Below the pieces are notes generated by a model that saw only the letters and a list, made by a program, of their open reading frames with translations, searched no databases and was not told the DNA's origin. A stretch of DNA of 64,000 nucleotides, taken from assembly GCA_049517335.1 (NCBI GenBank), contig JBEKSD010000003.1:1-64000 (forward strand), written 5' to 3'. Both the position numbers and the translations under genes were made by a program. The stretch is from Candidatus Omnitrophota bacterium. Lineage in GTDB: Bacteria; Omnitrophota; Gorgyraeia; Gygaellales; Profunditerraquicolaceae. Below are positions 8,000-17,490 of the stretch, in pieces (the stretch's first letter is position 1; every line of letters begins with the position of its first letter).

Positions 8000-8028
8000 A
8001 GTATATAATAAAATTCCCGCTATTTCAA
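8000..8028 (-). promoter_or_regulatory. sigma70 promoter for the riboswitch transcript
   Basis: TTGAAA-17-TATACT, about 6 nt before the aptamer 5' end. Confidence 0.7.
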
Positions 8029-8039
8029 GTAAGCTAAGC

Positions 8040-8483
8040 CTAATTTTTCTTAGGCTCGGGCGTAAGATGCACCTTTAATAATTCCCATGTCTTGGGGCCG
8101 ACTTTTCCGTCTGCCTTCAGGTTATTCGCCTTCTGGAACGCTTCAATTGCCTTTTTTGTCTTAGCGCCTGTCTTACCGTCAACTTTTCCGGTGTAAAAGC
8201 CCGCATTCATTAAAGCAGTCTGGATGTCAGTCACTGAAGGTTTGAAAGGCCCTGCCGGGGGTAAAGGCTCTAATTTTGCCGCTTCAGTTACAGGGGTTGC
8301 CGGTTGTTGGACCGCCTTTACTGCAGGGGCTTTTGCTTCTGTGCCAACTGGGCTTGCGACGTTAACCGTGCTCATTGCCTCCATGGTCATTGGTTCCTGG
8401 GCTTCCTCTGCCTGTTTCTTTGCGCAGCCAAAAACTCCAAACACAAACATTGATGCAGCCAATAAAACCAAAAACTTCTTCAT
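8040..8483 (-). CDS. Lipoprotein with C-terminal peptidoglycan-binding domain
   Basis: Lipobox VFGC; IQTAL..AGFY.GKVDG..G..TKKAI.AFQ..N.L.ADGKVGPKTW. Confidence 0.9.
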   Translation of the reverse strand: MKKFLVLLAASMFVFGVFGCAKKQAEEAQEPMTMEAMSTVNVASPVGTEAKAPAVKAVQQPATPVTEAAKLEPLPPAGPFKPSVTDIQTALMNAGFYTGKVDGKTGAKTKKAIEAFQKANNLKADGKVGPKTWELLKVHLTPEPKKN

Positions 8484-8652
8484 GTTACTCTCCTCTCTTA
8501 TCTTAATACAAAATTATTCCGTTTAATTGAATAAAAAACGCCTTCACCGGTAATGTTAAGTGATTTTTACACCTCCTTCTTAGATTTATTCTATCAAATA
8601 ACAGAAATTAATCAAATAAAAATTATTTTTACTCCCTTAAGAATAACGCATC

Positions 8653-9264
8653 CTATGACTTGATAACCGCCTGCCGCCGGCAGCGCGGGCAAAGGACTTT
8701 TATCCTGTCTGAGCGGGTAAAATCTTCTGCATCCTTAGGAGTAAGTTTTTCTTTTAAGCTAAGATCCAGTGCCCTTAAGTAAAAAAGCATTAACGACGCA
8801 TTGGTAAAACATAATGCCCCCAGCCTCTTAGCCGCCCATTTATAATGGTCAACCGGAGCTACCGGCTCGCCGCAACATTCACAAAGGATAAGCTCTTTTT
8901 CTATTTCCTGTTTCAGCTCCTCGCGCTTGTCGCAGGTGGCAAATTCAAATTCCCTTGAGAGGATTATCCCTTTTCCGGTCAGGCAGTTAGCTTCGCACTG
9001 CCCGCAAAAAATACATATGTCCCAGTTGACGGTAAGTGTTCGTTTCCCTTTATTATTCTTTACCGTGTCCTCAAAATCAATTGCGCGCGGAGGACAGACC
9101 TGCGCGCAGGCAGTGCAGCCCGTGCAATCTTCTTCATGAAAATACGGCCGTCCGCGGAAACGTTCATAAACTCTAGCCGGCACTTTCGGATACTTGCTAG
9201 TATAGGGCCCTTTAATTAACGCTTTTACCGCTTCTTTTAATTCCCTTAATTTTGGATATCTCAT
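8653..9264 (-). CDS. 4Fe-4S subunit of membrane-bound hydrogenase (NuoI/MbhN-like)
   Basis: CTGCTACAQVCP and CIFCGQCEANC; extra CECC and CPRC. Confidence 0.9.
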   Translation of the reverse strand: MRYPKLRELKEAVKALIKGPYTSKYPKVPARVYERFRGRPYFHEEDCTGCTACAQVCPPRAIDFEDTVKNNKGKRTLTVNWDICIFCGQCEANCLTGKGIILSREFEFATCDKREELKQEIEKELILCECCGEPVAPVDHYKWAAKRLGALCFTNASLMLFYLRALDLSLKEKLTPKDAEDFTRSDRIKVLCPRCRRQAVIKS

Positions 9265-9265
9265 T

Positions 9266-9595
9266 TTACTGATTTTTATCTTCAGCGTATTTATCGCAGA
9301 CTGAATTTTTGCATAACCTGACTCCCGACTTATGAGCGCTCCTTGCCAAAACATGGGCGGAGACAGGAGCGGTTAATAGCAGAAATAAAATACACAGGAG
9401 CGCCTTGACTCCGGTAGGGCTAAAGCCTTTGTACAGGAATAAACCAAACAATATGCTTGATGTGCCCAGGGTCACGCACTTAATTGAGGAATGCAGGCGG
9501 TTGTAAATGTCCGGGAACCTGAGCAGCCCTAAGCAGCCGAAGAAATCAAACGCAATGCCGGTTATTATAAAAACAAAGCCTATTTTCTCAATCAT
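9266..9595 (-). CDS. mnhG: Mrp/Mnh antiporter subunit G
   Basis: GLLRFPDIYNRLH...TLG and LTAPVSAHVLARSA. Confidence 0.9.
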   Translation of the reverse strand: MIEKIGFVFIITGIAFDFFGCLGLLRFPDIYNRLHSSIKCVTLGTSSILFGLFLYKGFSPTGVKALLCILFLLLTAPVSAHVLARSAHKSGVRLCKNSVCDKYAEDKNQ

Positions 9596-9947
9596 CGAAG
9601 TGTTTTCCCTCCAGGTATTTTCCCAAAGCGAGTATTGAGATGAAACTTTGTAAGGCCCAGGCAATACCAATGTCAATATACCAGTCTCTTCCCGTAGGGA
9701 TTCCCAAAATGGCGCAAAACCCTAAAATCAGTATTCCGAATATATCCAGCGCCGCTGCCCGGTCCGAAGGAGTGGGGCCTAAAAGTATACGCAAAAAACA
9801 AAGGCTCGCGGACAAGAGCATCACGAAAAGAGCCTTTTCTAAGAAAACCGACTGCCACTCAAGAAGCGAAGGCAGATGCAAAAATAATATCACCCCAAGA
9901 ACAGAAACGATAATCACCAACCCTATTAACCAGCGCAGCCTTTTCAT
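9588..9947 (-). CDS. mnhF: Mrp/Mnh subunit F
   Basis: RILLGPTPSDRAAALD. Confidence 0.85.
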   Translation of the reverse strand: MKRLRWLIGLVIIVSVLGVILFLHLPSLLEWQSVFLEKALFVMLLSASLCFLRILLGPTPSDRAAALDIFGILILGFCAILGIPTGRDWYIDIGIAWALQSFISILALGKYLEGKHFDD

Positions 9948-10441
9948 TCAAAAATCCTCATCAATACCTTTTCGAACTTCTCAACTATAATTTTGGTAGC
10001 CTTGTCAATATCCTGCGATTCCACATTAACCCAGTGCACATAAAGAAACCCTTTCTCCTTATCTATATCCACCGTCATGGTTCCAGGGTTTAAAGTAATG
10101 GTATTCGCCAGGAAGGTCAGGCCTGCATCCGACTTTAACCTGCTTTTCACCCTGACTATTCCCGGCCTCATAGGTAAATCCGGATGAATTACCCTCCAGG
10201 TTCCGTCCAGATTAGCCTTAAAACATTCCCAGATAAATAACGGGATATAATACAAAAACCAGAGATAGCGTTTCCAATTCTTTAATACCGCCGCTTTCTT
10301 CTCCAGGAACCCGGAAGTTAAGAATAGAATAAGCGTGCTTATAATCGCCGCATTAATCAAATTCGGCAAATTAAGCGACCAGCTTAAGATAAGCCAAGTG
10401 ATAAAATATAATATAAAAAATATGTAACGTAAATGGATCAT
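9944..10441 (-). CDS. mnhE: Mrp/Mnh subunit E
   Basis: PGIVRV and LANTITLNPGTMTVD. Confidence 0.9.
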   Translation of the reverse strand: MIHLRYIFFILYFITWLILSWSLNLPNLINAAIISTLILFLTSGFLEKKAAVLKNWKRYLWFLYYIPLFIWECFKANLDGTWRVIHPDLPMRPGIVRVKSRLKSDAGLTFLANTITLNPGTMTVDIDKEKGFLYVHWVNVESQDIDKATKIIVEKFEKVLMRIFE

Positions 10442-11928
10442 TTTACCGCCGCTAAAATTAAGTCTTTATATTTTACCCCGGAAACCAAAACATCAACTGC
10501 CTGTGTAAGGAAGACCCTCACTGGAGAAAGCAGTAACAAACCGCCGGCAACGCATATAAGAGCCAAAACAGTTGTGGCTAATTTCATGGACAGGAGAGGT
10601 TCTTTAATATCGCTTTTGTATTCCGGAGCCTTGCCGAAGAATATTGCATTTTGGAATTTCAAATAATAAACCAGCGTCACGATACTCACCAGGACCGCGA
10701 TTACCGAAAACCCGATGTAACCCGCCTGAATGGCGGCTATAATAATAATTAACTTACTCCAGAACCCGGCAAATGGCGGAATACCCGAAATACTCATTGC
10801 CCCGATTAAGTTTGTGTTTGAGGTAAGGGGCAGTTTGGAATTAAGGGCTCCTAATTTATCCAATTCGCGCCTTCCGGTCGCATGTTCAATTGAGCCGGCA
10901 TTTAAGAAAAGCAGCGACTTTGCGCTTGCGTGGTTAAAAAGATGAAAAACCCCTCCCAGAATGGCTAACGGCGTACCTACACCTAAAGCAAAAATAATAT
11001 ACCCCAGCTGGCTGATGGTTGAATAGGCAAGCATCCTTTTTATGTCATTCTGGGATACTGCCAAGAGCGCCCCCACTGCCATAGAAATAATCCCGAATGC
11101 CATAAGGGCTTGTAATATTTTATCCGTAACACCTATAATATTAAAAAATATGCGCGAGATAACATATACACCGAGGGCTTTAATAAAGATGCCTGAGAGC
11201 ACCGCAGATACGGGCGTGGGTGCGGAAGAATGGGCGTCCGGAAGCCAGGCATGAAACGGTACAAGCGCGCTTTTTAAGCCGAATCCCGCAAGGAACAAAA
11301 CCGAAATAAACCCGATTAAGAATCCCTGTGGCTTTGCGGAAAGGACAGAAGCCATGTCGGACATATTCAGAGTAGAGGTATAGCCGTAAAGAAGGCCTAT
11401 GCCGAGCAGGATAAAAATTGAGGCGACTGCGCCCATTACCGCGTATTTAAACGAAGCCTCCAGATGTTCCGGCTCAAGCCCGAAAGTAACCAGAATGTAG
11501 GCGCAAATAGAAGCTATCTCAAGGAAAACATAGAGGTTAAACAAATCCCCGCTGATGATAACGCCGTTTATCCCCGCTAGCATCAGCATAAAAAGGGTAT
11601 AGAATTTCCATCTTCCGGTATAATGCTGCATATAGCCGGCCGAATAAATCAAGACAAGAAAAACCACTAAATTCACCACAACCAGCAGAAAAGATGTCAA
11701 CCCGTCGGCAACCAAAAGTATCCCTAACGGAAAATTCCAACCGCCTATTTTATAAACAATAACTTTATCTAACGCGGTTAATTGCGCGACTTTCAGGGAA
11801 ATGACGAGTAATATAAGACTGGCGCAATTCGCAATCAAATTTTCATGCTTCTTCATTAAGTTCCCCAAAAGTGCAGTCAGAAATGCAGCCAAAAGCGGAA
11901 TTACGGTAAGAAAAACCAGAAGCTTCAT
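10438..11928 (-). CDS. mnhD: Mrp/Mnh subunit D (antiporter-like)
   Basis: DLFNLYVFLEI, PFHAWLPDAH and KRMLAYSTISQLG. Confidence 0.9.
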   Translation of the reverse strand: MKLLVFLTVIPLLAAFLTALLGNLMKKHENLIANCASLILLVISLKVAQLTALDKVIVYKIGGWNFPLGILLVADGLTSFLLVVVNLVVFLVLIYSAGYMQHYTGRWKFYTLFMLMLAGINGVIISGDLFNLYVFLEIASICAYILVTFGLEPEHLEASFKYAVMGAVASIFILLGIGLLYGYTSTLNMSDMASVLSAKPQGFLIGFISVLFLAGFGLKSALVPFHAWLPDAHSSAPTPVSAVLSGIFIKALGVYVISRIFFNIIGVTDKILQALMAFGIISMAVGALLAVSQNDIKRMLAYSTISQLGYIIFALGVGTPLAILGGVFHLFNHASAKSLLFLNAGSIEHATGRRELDKLGALNSKLPLTSNTNLIGAMSISGIPPFAGFWSKLIIIIAAIQAGYIGFSVIAVLVSIVTLVYYLKFQNAIFFGKAPEYKSDIKEPLLSMKLATTVLALICVAGGLLLLSPVRVFLTQAVDVLVSGVKYKDLILAAVK

Positions 11929-12263
11929 TCTTTGAGTCTCCGTATCTTGGTTATGTCAAAAGTGCCGTATTTTTCATAGATTCTTATCGCCAATGAAACT
12001 AATACGAATATAAGGGCTAACCCGATAACTATGGTAGTCAGGACCATTGCCTGCGGCAGAGGATCGACCATGTTCAGGATAACCTGATTTTTTTCCAGAA
12101 TAGGCGAGCGGCCGTACATACGATAACCGGTTAAAATTAAAAACATATTCACCGCATATTCAATTATCGCAATCCCGATAATAATTTTAATGATATTCCT
12201 CTTCCGTAACACGCAATAAAGCCCGACTGAAAATAGAATCAGACACAAAAAATACAAACTCAT
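11925..12263 (-). CDS. mnhC: Mrp/Mnh subunit C
   Basis: DPLPQAMVLTTIVIG. Confidence 0.9.
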   Translation of the reverse strand: MSLYFLCLILFSVGLYCVLRKRNIIKIIIGIAIIEYAVNMFLILTGYRMYGRSPILEKNQVILNMVDPLPQAMVLTTIVIGLALIFVLVSLAIRIYEKYGTFDITKIRRLKE

Positions 12264-12661
12264 CTTCTCTCCCTTTTACTGATTAAAGTAATTAAAATGA
12301 GGAACGCCAGATACAACCCCGCTGAAACCATAAGCATAACGGCAATATCGCAAAAAAGAGGAAGGGTACTTATGCGTAACCCCAGAAAAGAAAAGGTGGA
12401 TAAAATAAGGAAAACAAGGGCCCCGGTGGTTAAAGCTATTAAACCTTTCCTTTCGTCAATTCTTTCGGCGATTTGGTCTTTACCGAAAGCAAGGACTAAA
12501 TTTATAAATGCCAAAGCTATGATTACTCCTCCGGCAAAACCGCCTCCGGGGCTGGAGTGCTCTTTTAACACCGTAAAAATACCGTAAATCATAATCAACC
12601 CGGCAGTAAGGCGGGTAACTGTTTTGACGATGAGGGTCATTCCCCTATCCCTATTTTCCAT
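12260..12661 (-). CDS. mnhB: Mrp/Mnh subunit B
   Basis: HSSPGGGFAGG. Confidence 0.85.
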   Translation of the reverse strand: MENRDRGMTLIVKTVTRLTAGLIMIYGIFTVLKEHSSPGGGFAGGVIIALAFINLVLAFGKDQIAERIDERKGLIALTTGALVFLILSTFSFLGLRISTLPLFCDIAVMLMVSAGLYLAFLILITLISKRERR

Positions 12662-13172
12662 GGCTCCTACCTTCCTTCCTAGTTATCGCCAGGACCCCTA
12701 CTATTGCGGCAAAAAGTACAGCCGTTTCGCCGAGGGCATCATAATTCCTAAAATAGAGTGTAATCGCGCTGACCAGATTGAGTGAACCGGTTTGCGCGAA
12801 TCCGTCGCTTAAGTATTTTTCGGATACGCGCATAAGCGGAGCCCCGAAAACAGGCAGTTCCTTTAAAGCAAAGAAAGCAAACAAAAGAAAACAGACGATG
12901 AATAACAAGGTGGATGCCGTATTAAATAACCAGCGGCCGTCCCACACAAAGGGAAGATCCTTATTTATCGTGCCGCGGATTAATATAATAATGCACAGGA
13001 TCTCTACCACCAGCTGGGTAATCGCAAGGGACGGAGCTTTCAGGATTAAAAAGGCCAGCGATAAACTTAAACCTACCGCGCTTAAGCCGATAAGGCTTGA
13101 GACAAGGTCGTGCGCTTCAACTGCTACGGCCGCGGCAAAAATCATAAAAATCAGGATTAAATGGAGTTCCAT
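12651..13172 (-). CDS. DUF4040 / MbhD-E-like subunit (MrpA C-terminal equivalent)
   Basis: LKAPSLAITQLVVE and NLVSAITLYFRNYDALGE. Confidence 0.8.
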   Translation of the reverse strand: MELHLILIFMIFAAAVAVEAHDLVSSLIGLSAVGLSLSLAFLILKAPSLAITQLVVEILCIIILIRGTINKDLPFVWDGRWLFNTASTLLFIVCFLLFAFFALKELPVFGAPLMRVSEKYLSDGFAQTGSLNLVSAITLYFRNYDALGETAVLFAAIVGVLAITRKEGRSHGK

Positions 13173-13174
13173 AT

Positions 13175-14824
13175 TTACATTAAAACGAAAAATAAAGCTA
13201 CCATACCAAGAAGCACCCAAACCATATAAGTCGGCAGTACCCCATTGTGCAGATAGCGTAAAGGCAAGGAAAAGACTTTCAACTTTTTCCCCTTCTCATA
13301 AATATCAAAAAAACCTTCCTCTGTCTTCTTATACATTGTTTTTAAAATGCCGAATTCCCTTATCGAATTATAAAAATCTGTTCCGGTAACGGCATTGGGC
13401 TTAAAATCAATCTTTTCTCCACCCACAAAAAGAGAATCAGTGCGCGAGCTCATCTTAAAGCCGGCAAACTTAAAGAAAAACAGCCCTATCAAAAGCCCAA
13501 AGATAACTAAAAACGTAGATACCCCGGCATACCATGTCCCGATAAAAGTAGCACCACCCACAGCAGGCAAAATAAAATATTTAAGCGGAACCTGGTTTGC
13601 AAAAATACCGAAGATCACGCAGAGGAATGCCAGTATAATACAAGGCAAGACCATTGTCCACGGGGCGTCATTAACCTTTTCCCTTTCCTGAGTTTCTGTC
13701 CTTTGGCCGAGGAATACCGCATGAATCATTTTCATAAAAGAAGCCAATGTAAGCCCTGAACCAAAAAGCGCCACTATTAAACAAATAGCCGCAACTTCCC
13801 TGCCGCCTCCCGAAGCCATACGCTCAATCAGCCCCTGATATATCATCCATTTTGAAACAAACCCGTTAAAAGGCGGAACTCCGCATATTGAGAGACTGGC
13901 AATGAGACAGGTTAAATAGGTAAGCGGCATGAGCCGACTCAATCCGCCAAGCTCATCAAGTTCCGTTGTTTTGGTGCGATATTCAACATTACCAGTAGTA
14001 AGGAATAAACAGGATTTATATAATGAGTTATTGAGCATATGGAAAATTCCGCCTGCAATACCAATGGGATTGCTGCAGGCAATTCCAAGCAACATATAGC
14101 CCACCTGCGAAACGGCATGATATCCAAGAAGTTTCTTCATATTATGCTGTACTAATGCCATCATAACCGCCGCAATCAAGGTGATAGCACCCACAATCAT
14201 GAGAACTATGCTCATAAAATTATTCATTTCAAATAAATTTATGGATATCCTTGCCAACAAATAAATTCCAAGTAATTTATCTAAAGAACCCAGTAGATAT
14301 GCTGCTACCGGTAAAGGGGCTTCTTTTGCGCATCCGGGTATCCAAGAGTGAAACGGCATTGCCCCTGCTTTGGCAAAACATCCTATGGCTATACAAATAT
14401 AAGCTAATGCCGGCAGATAAGAATTGCTCGCAAGGCGTAGCCTGATATTATCCATTTGTAACGTTCCGGTAAGGTAATAAATTATGCCTATGCCAAGGAG
14501 CATAATCGCATCCGTACCGCCTACAATGATAAAAGCCTTTCTTGCGGTTTCTCCTGTCTTATCCTCCCCCATATCAATGAGTATAAACAACATAAACCCA
14601 AGGAACCCCCAGAAAACGATCAAAAGCAGAAGATTATTCGCAAGAATTACTCCGCAGGCGGAAATTGCGGTCAATATAATATAAACATAATACTCAAACA
14701 GGCGTTTTCTGCCTTTCATGAACCCAAAAGAATAAATAAGGGTCAGAACAGAAAACATCCCGGCCGCTAAAAGTATAAAGCTATTTAAGCTATCTAATTT
14801 AAAATAGGGGTAAGTTAGATTCAT
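13175..14824 (-). CDS. Antiporter-like membrane subunit (NuoL/MrpA/HyfB-like)
   Basis: KAGAMPFHSWIP, KKLLGYHAVSQVG and PPFNGFVSKW. Confidence 0.9.
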   Translation of the reverse strand: MNLTYPYFKLDSLNSFILLAAGMFSVLTLIYSFGFMKGRKRLFEYYVYIILTAISACGVILANNLLLLIVFWGFLGFMLFILIDMGEDKTGETARKAFIIVGGTDAIMLLGIGIIYYLTGTLQMDNIRLRLASNSYLPALAYICIAIGCFAKAGAMPFHSWIPGCAKEAPLPVAAYLLGSLDKLLGIYLLARISINLFEMNNFMSIVLMIVGAITLIAAVMMALVQHNMKKLLGYHAVSQVGYMLLGIACSNPIGIAGGIFHMLNNSLYKSCLFLTTGNVEYRTKTTELDELGGLSRLMPLTYLTCLIASLSICGVPPFNGFVSKWMIYQGLIERMASGGGREVAAICLIVALFGSGLTLASFMKMIHAVFLGQRTETQEREKVNDAPWTMVLPCIILAFLCVIFGIFANQVPLKYFILPAVGGATFIGTWYAGVSTFLVIFGLLIGLFFFKFAGFKMSSRTDSLFVGGEKIDFKPNAVTGTDFYNSIREFGILKTMYKKTEEGFFDIYEKGKKLKVFSLPLRYLHNGVLPTYMVWVLLGMVALFFVLM

Positions 14825-15437
14825 TTATCTTAAGCATATTCCGCGCGATCTTTTTTGTATGATAATAAACTGCCGCGGTAAAATCCAGCATATTCAAATA
14901 CATATTGCACCCCAGAGGGCTGCATTCTCCTTTTATCATCCTCTCGTTATGTTTACGCCTGTACTCGTCAACGAGAGTATCAATATGTCCTTCTTTCCTT
15001 AATACTGCTTTGACGAGCCTGAAATCATCCCTTTCTAATGCGCAGGTCACTTCATCCAAAGCATCTAAAGTTTTTTTATAAACAACTTCGTATTCAGAAA
15101 CCGCTTCTTCGCTAAAAAGCAACTTCTCCTCTATCTTTATCTGGACCCTCTCAAGGATATCCTTGCAGTAGTCACCGATTAATTCAAAGTCTTCCACCAT
15201 CTCCGCAAAGAGTATCGCGCTCTCCCTCAGCTTCGCATCAACCGGGTATTTGCCTTTAAGCACCAAGGCGGAGGTTATTTCTTTTTCCATATCATTTAAC
15301 TTATTCTCATCTTCCAAAATCCCCGGCATAAGCTCGGCGTTATGTTCCATGAAAGTGCGATGAGTCATCTCCCACATAGAGCAGGTAATCTTAGCCATAT
15401 CGGTGATCCTATTCTTAATAGGCTTATTCTCGCTCAT
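14799..15437 (-). CDS. PhoU-domain protein (resembles the Na/Pi cotransporter C-terminal region)
   Basis: Two helical repeats: E.KLNDMEKEI...DFELIGDYC and E..IDTLVDEYRRKH.ERM..GEC. Confidence 0.75.
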   Translation of the reverse strand: MSENKPIKNRITDMAKITCSMWEMTHRTFMEHNAELMPGILEDENKLNDMEKEITSALVLKGKYPVDAKLRESAILFAEMVEDFELIGDYCKDILERVQIKIEEKLLFSEEAVSEYEVVYKKTLDALDEVTCALERDDFRLVKAVLRKEGHIDTLVDEYRRKHNERMIKGECSPLGCNMYLNMLDFTAAVYYHTKKIARNMLKINESNLPLF

Positions 15438-16635
15438 TTAGCATCTCCGCTTTTATTTTATCGGTCTTCTCTTGGCACAGCTTCACCAGATCCCATCCGT
15501 TCATTATTTTTTTATTATCCGGCTTCTTAATTACTGCCACCCTTTCCGTGCAGCAATAACAAGGGTCAACCGCAGCCAAAGTCAAAGTAGCATCCGATAT
15601 CGTCCCGCCGATTGCCGATACTTTATCAGACGCTACATTCATATAGCTTGGGGAACGTATCTTATGCCTTACCGGCCGGTTTGTGCCGTCGCTCTTTATA
15701 TAATGGAAACATTCCCCCCGCGGCGCTTCAACCCTGCCTATGCCCTCACCCGGCGGAATGTCTTTCACGTTTGCGTCAATATCGCCCTTGGGTATTTTAT
15801 TTAGGCATTGCTGAATTATATTTATTGAGTCCTGCATTTCCAAGACCCTCACCATGGTCTTAGCGTAGATATCCCCGTCTTTTTCCAGAACAACATTCCA
15901 GTCAATACTATTCAGCAAAAACGTGCCGTACGGTTCATCGCGGCGTATATCAATATTGACACCTGAGGCCCGGGCCGTAGGGCCGACTACGCACCAGTCA
16001 ATCGCCTGATCTTTAGTCAAGGTCCCGACGCCTTTAAGGCGCATTTTAATAACAGGATCATCCTCTATCGCCCCGCGAAGCATTTCTATTAAAGGATTTA
16101 ATTCATCCAATGTCTTCTTCAGTATAGGAATATCCTCATCTTTTATATCCCGACGCACGCCGCCGACTTTAAACATGGCGTAATTATTGCGGTTTCCAGT
16201 CACCATTTCAAACATATCCAATACCGGCTCCCGGTATTTCCACGCCCACATCCAAATGGTATTATACCCGATGAAATGCCCGGCTAAACCCAGCCATAGA
16301 AGATGGCTGTGGATCCTCTGCAGTTCATCGATGATGGTGCGGATATAAAGGGCGCGCTCCGGGACGATATTCGCCTCCCCTCCGAATAAATTCTCAACCG
16401 CCAGGACAAAAGCATAAGGATGGCTGGATGAACAAATACCGCATATGCGTTCGACTAAAAACGCCACCTGATCATAATGCCGGCTTTCGGAAAGTTTTTC
16501 TATCCCCCGATGGTTGTAACCGATAACAATGTCTATATCGACGACCTTCTCACCTTCGACATAAAGCTGAAAAAACTCCGGCTCCTCCTGTAAAGGATGA
16601 TACGGGCCAATAGGCACAATTACTTTATGGCTCAT
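15424..16635 (-). CDS. Group 4 [NiFe]-hydrogenase large subunit
   Basis: L1 motif ERICGICS and L2 motif DPCYCCTER are both intact; GPYHP; EAPRGE; C-terminal extension present. Confidence 0.9.
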   Translation of the reverse strand: MSHKVIVPIGPYHPLQEEPEFFQLYVEGEKVVDIDIVIGYNHRGIEKLSESRHYDQVAFLVERICGICSSSHPYAFVLAVENLFGGEANIVPERALYIRTIIDELQRIHSHLLWLGLAGHFIGYNTIWMWAWKYREPVLDMFEMVTGNRNNYAMFKVGGVRRDIKDEDIPILKKTLDELNPLIEMLRGAIEDDPVIKMRLKGVGTLTKDQAIDWCVVGPTARASGVNIDIRRDEPYGTFLLNSIDWNVVLEKDGDIYAKTMVRVLEMQDSINIIQQCLNKIPKGDIDANVKDIPPGEGIGRVEAPRGECFHYIKSDGTNRPVRHKIRSPSYMNVASDKVSAIGGTISDATLTLAAVDPCYCCTERVAVIKKPDNKKIMNGWDLVKLCQEKTDKIKAEMLNERE

Positions 16636-17059
16636 CTCTTCTCCTTAAAGGATAATCATTTTCCGGCCAGTCATCAGCCAGAAGCAGTTTTCTTAAATCA
16701 GGGTGGCCCTTGAAATTCACGCCGAACATCTCCCAAATTTCACGCTCAATCCATTCTGCACCGCGAAATTGCTTCGCTATAGAATCGATTTCCGGGTTAT
16801 TCTTATCTTCAATCAAGGTACGCACCGAGTAAAGCTCCCCTGCCTTATCAAAACTGAAATGATAGAGTATTTCAAGCCCGTGCGGAGTATCGACGCATGT
16901 TGCGGTAGAGAATCTTAATCCTAGTTCTTTAAATAAAAATTCGACTATCCTGTAAATATCGCTTTTATCTACGGAAAAATAAATCCTTCTGGCCGACTGA
17001 TCCTGCCATTCTTTTATTTTATTCCCTAATCCCTCTTTAATCCTGTCCCGCATTTCCAT
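16625..17059 (-). CDS. NuoC/EchD-like subunit
   Basis: AEWIEREIWEMFGVNFKGHPDLRKLLL. Confidence 0.9.
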   Translation of the reverse strand: MEMRDRIKEGLGNKIKEWQDQSARRIYFSVDKSDIYRIVEFLFKELGLRFSTATCVDTPHGLEILYHFSFDKAGELYSVRTLIEDKNNPEIDSIAKQFRGAEWIEREIWEMFGVNFKGHPDLRKLLLADDWPENDYPLRRRDEP

Positions 17060-17064
17060 AAAAT

Positions 17065-17490
17065 TTATCTGCCTTTCCGAATCTTACTTACCAGTTTTAC
17101 GATACCGTCAATTATGGCCTCAGGCCGAGGAGGACAACCCGGGATATAAAGATCAACTAGCAATATTTTATCCAACGGCTCATCAACATTATAACTGAAC
17201 CTGAACATGTGGCGCGAAAGCGCACACTGGCCGACTGCCACAACCAGACACGGTTTGGGCGCCTGCTCATAAATCTTTTTCATGCGCGGCACAGCCTTTT
17301 TATTCATTGCCCCGGTAATGAATAATACGTCCGCCTGCCTTACCGAGCCTATTAACTGGATACCGAATCGCTCAATATCAAAGCGGGGGGTAAAACAATC
17401 CAGTATTTCAATGTCGCAGTTGTTGCAGGAACCGCAGCTGACATGAAAAACCCAGAGAGATTTTGTTAATGCTTTTTTTCTTAAATCCAT
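17065..17490 (-). CDS. Hydrogenase small subunit (NuoB/EchC-like)
   Basis: SCNNCDIE, GQCA and IPGCPPRP. Confidence 0.9.
   Translation of the reverse strand: MDLRKKALTKSLWVFHVSCGSCNNCDIEILDCFTPRFDIERFGIQLIGSVRQADVLFITGAMNKKAVPRMKKIYEQAPKPCLVVAVGQCALSRHMFRFSYNVDEPLDKILLVDLYIPGCPPRPEAIIDGIVKLVSKIRKGR

Noticed and set aside
8560-8582. Perfect AAGGAGGTG Shine-Dalgarno on the minus strand, upstream of the PG-binding lipoprotein
   Set aside because: No start codon at usable spacing (GTG is followed by TAA; ATC sits at the expected position), so no gene can be supported
15424-16635. [NiFeSe] hydrogenase or selenoprotein recoding
   Set aside because: All motif positions are Cys codons in an uninterrupted ORF
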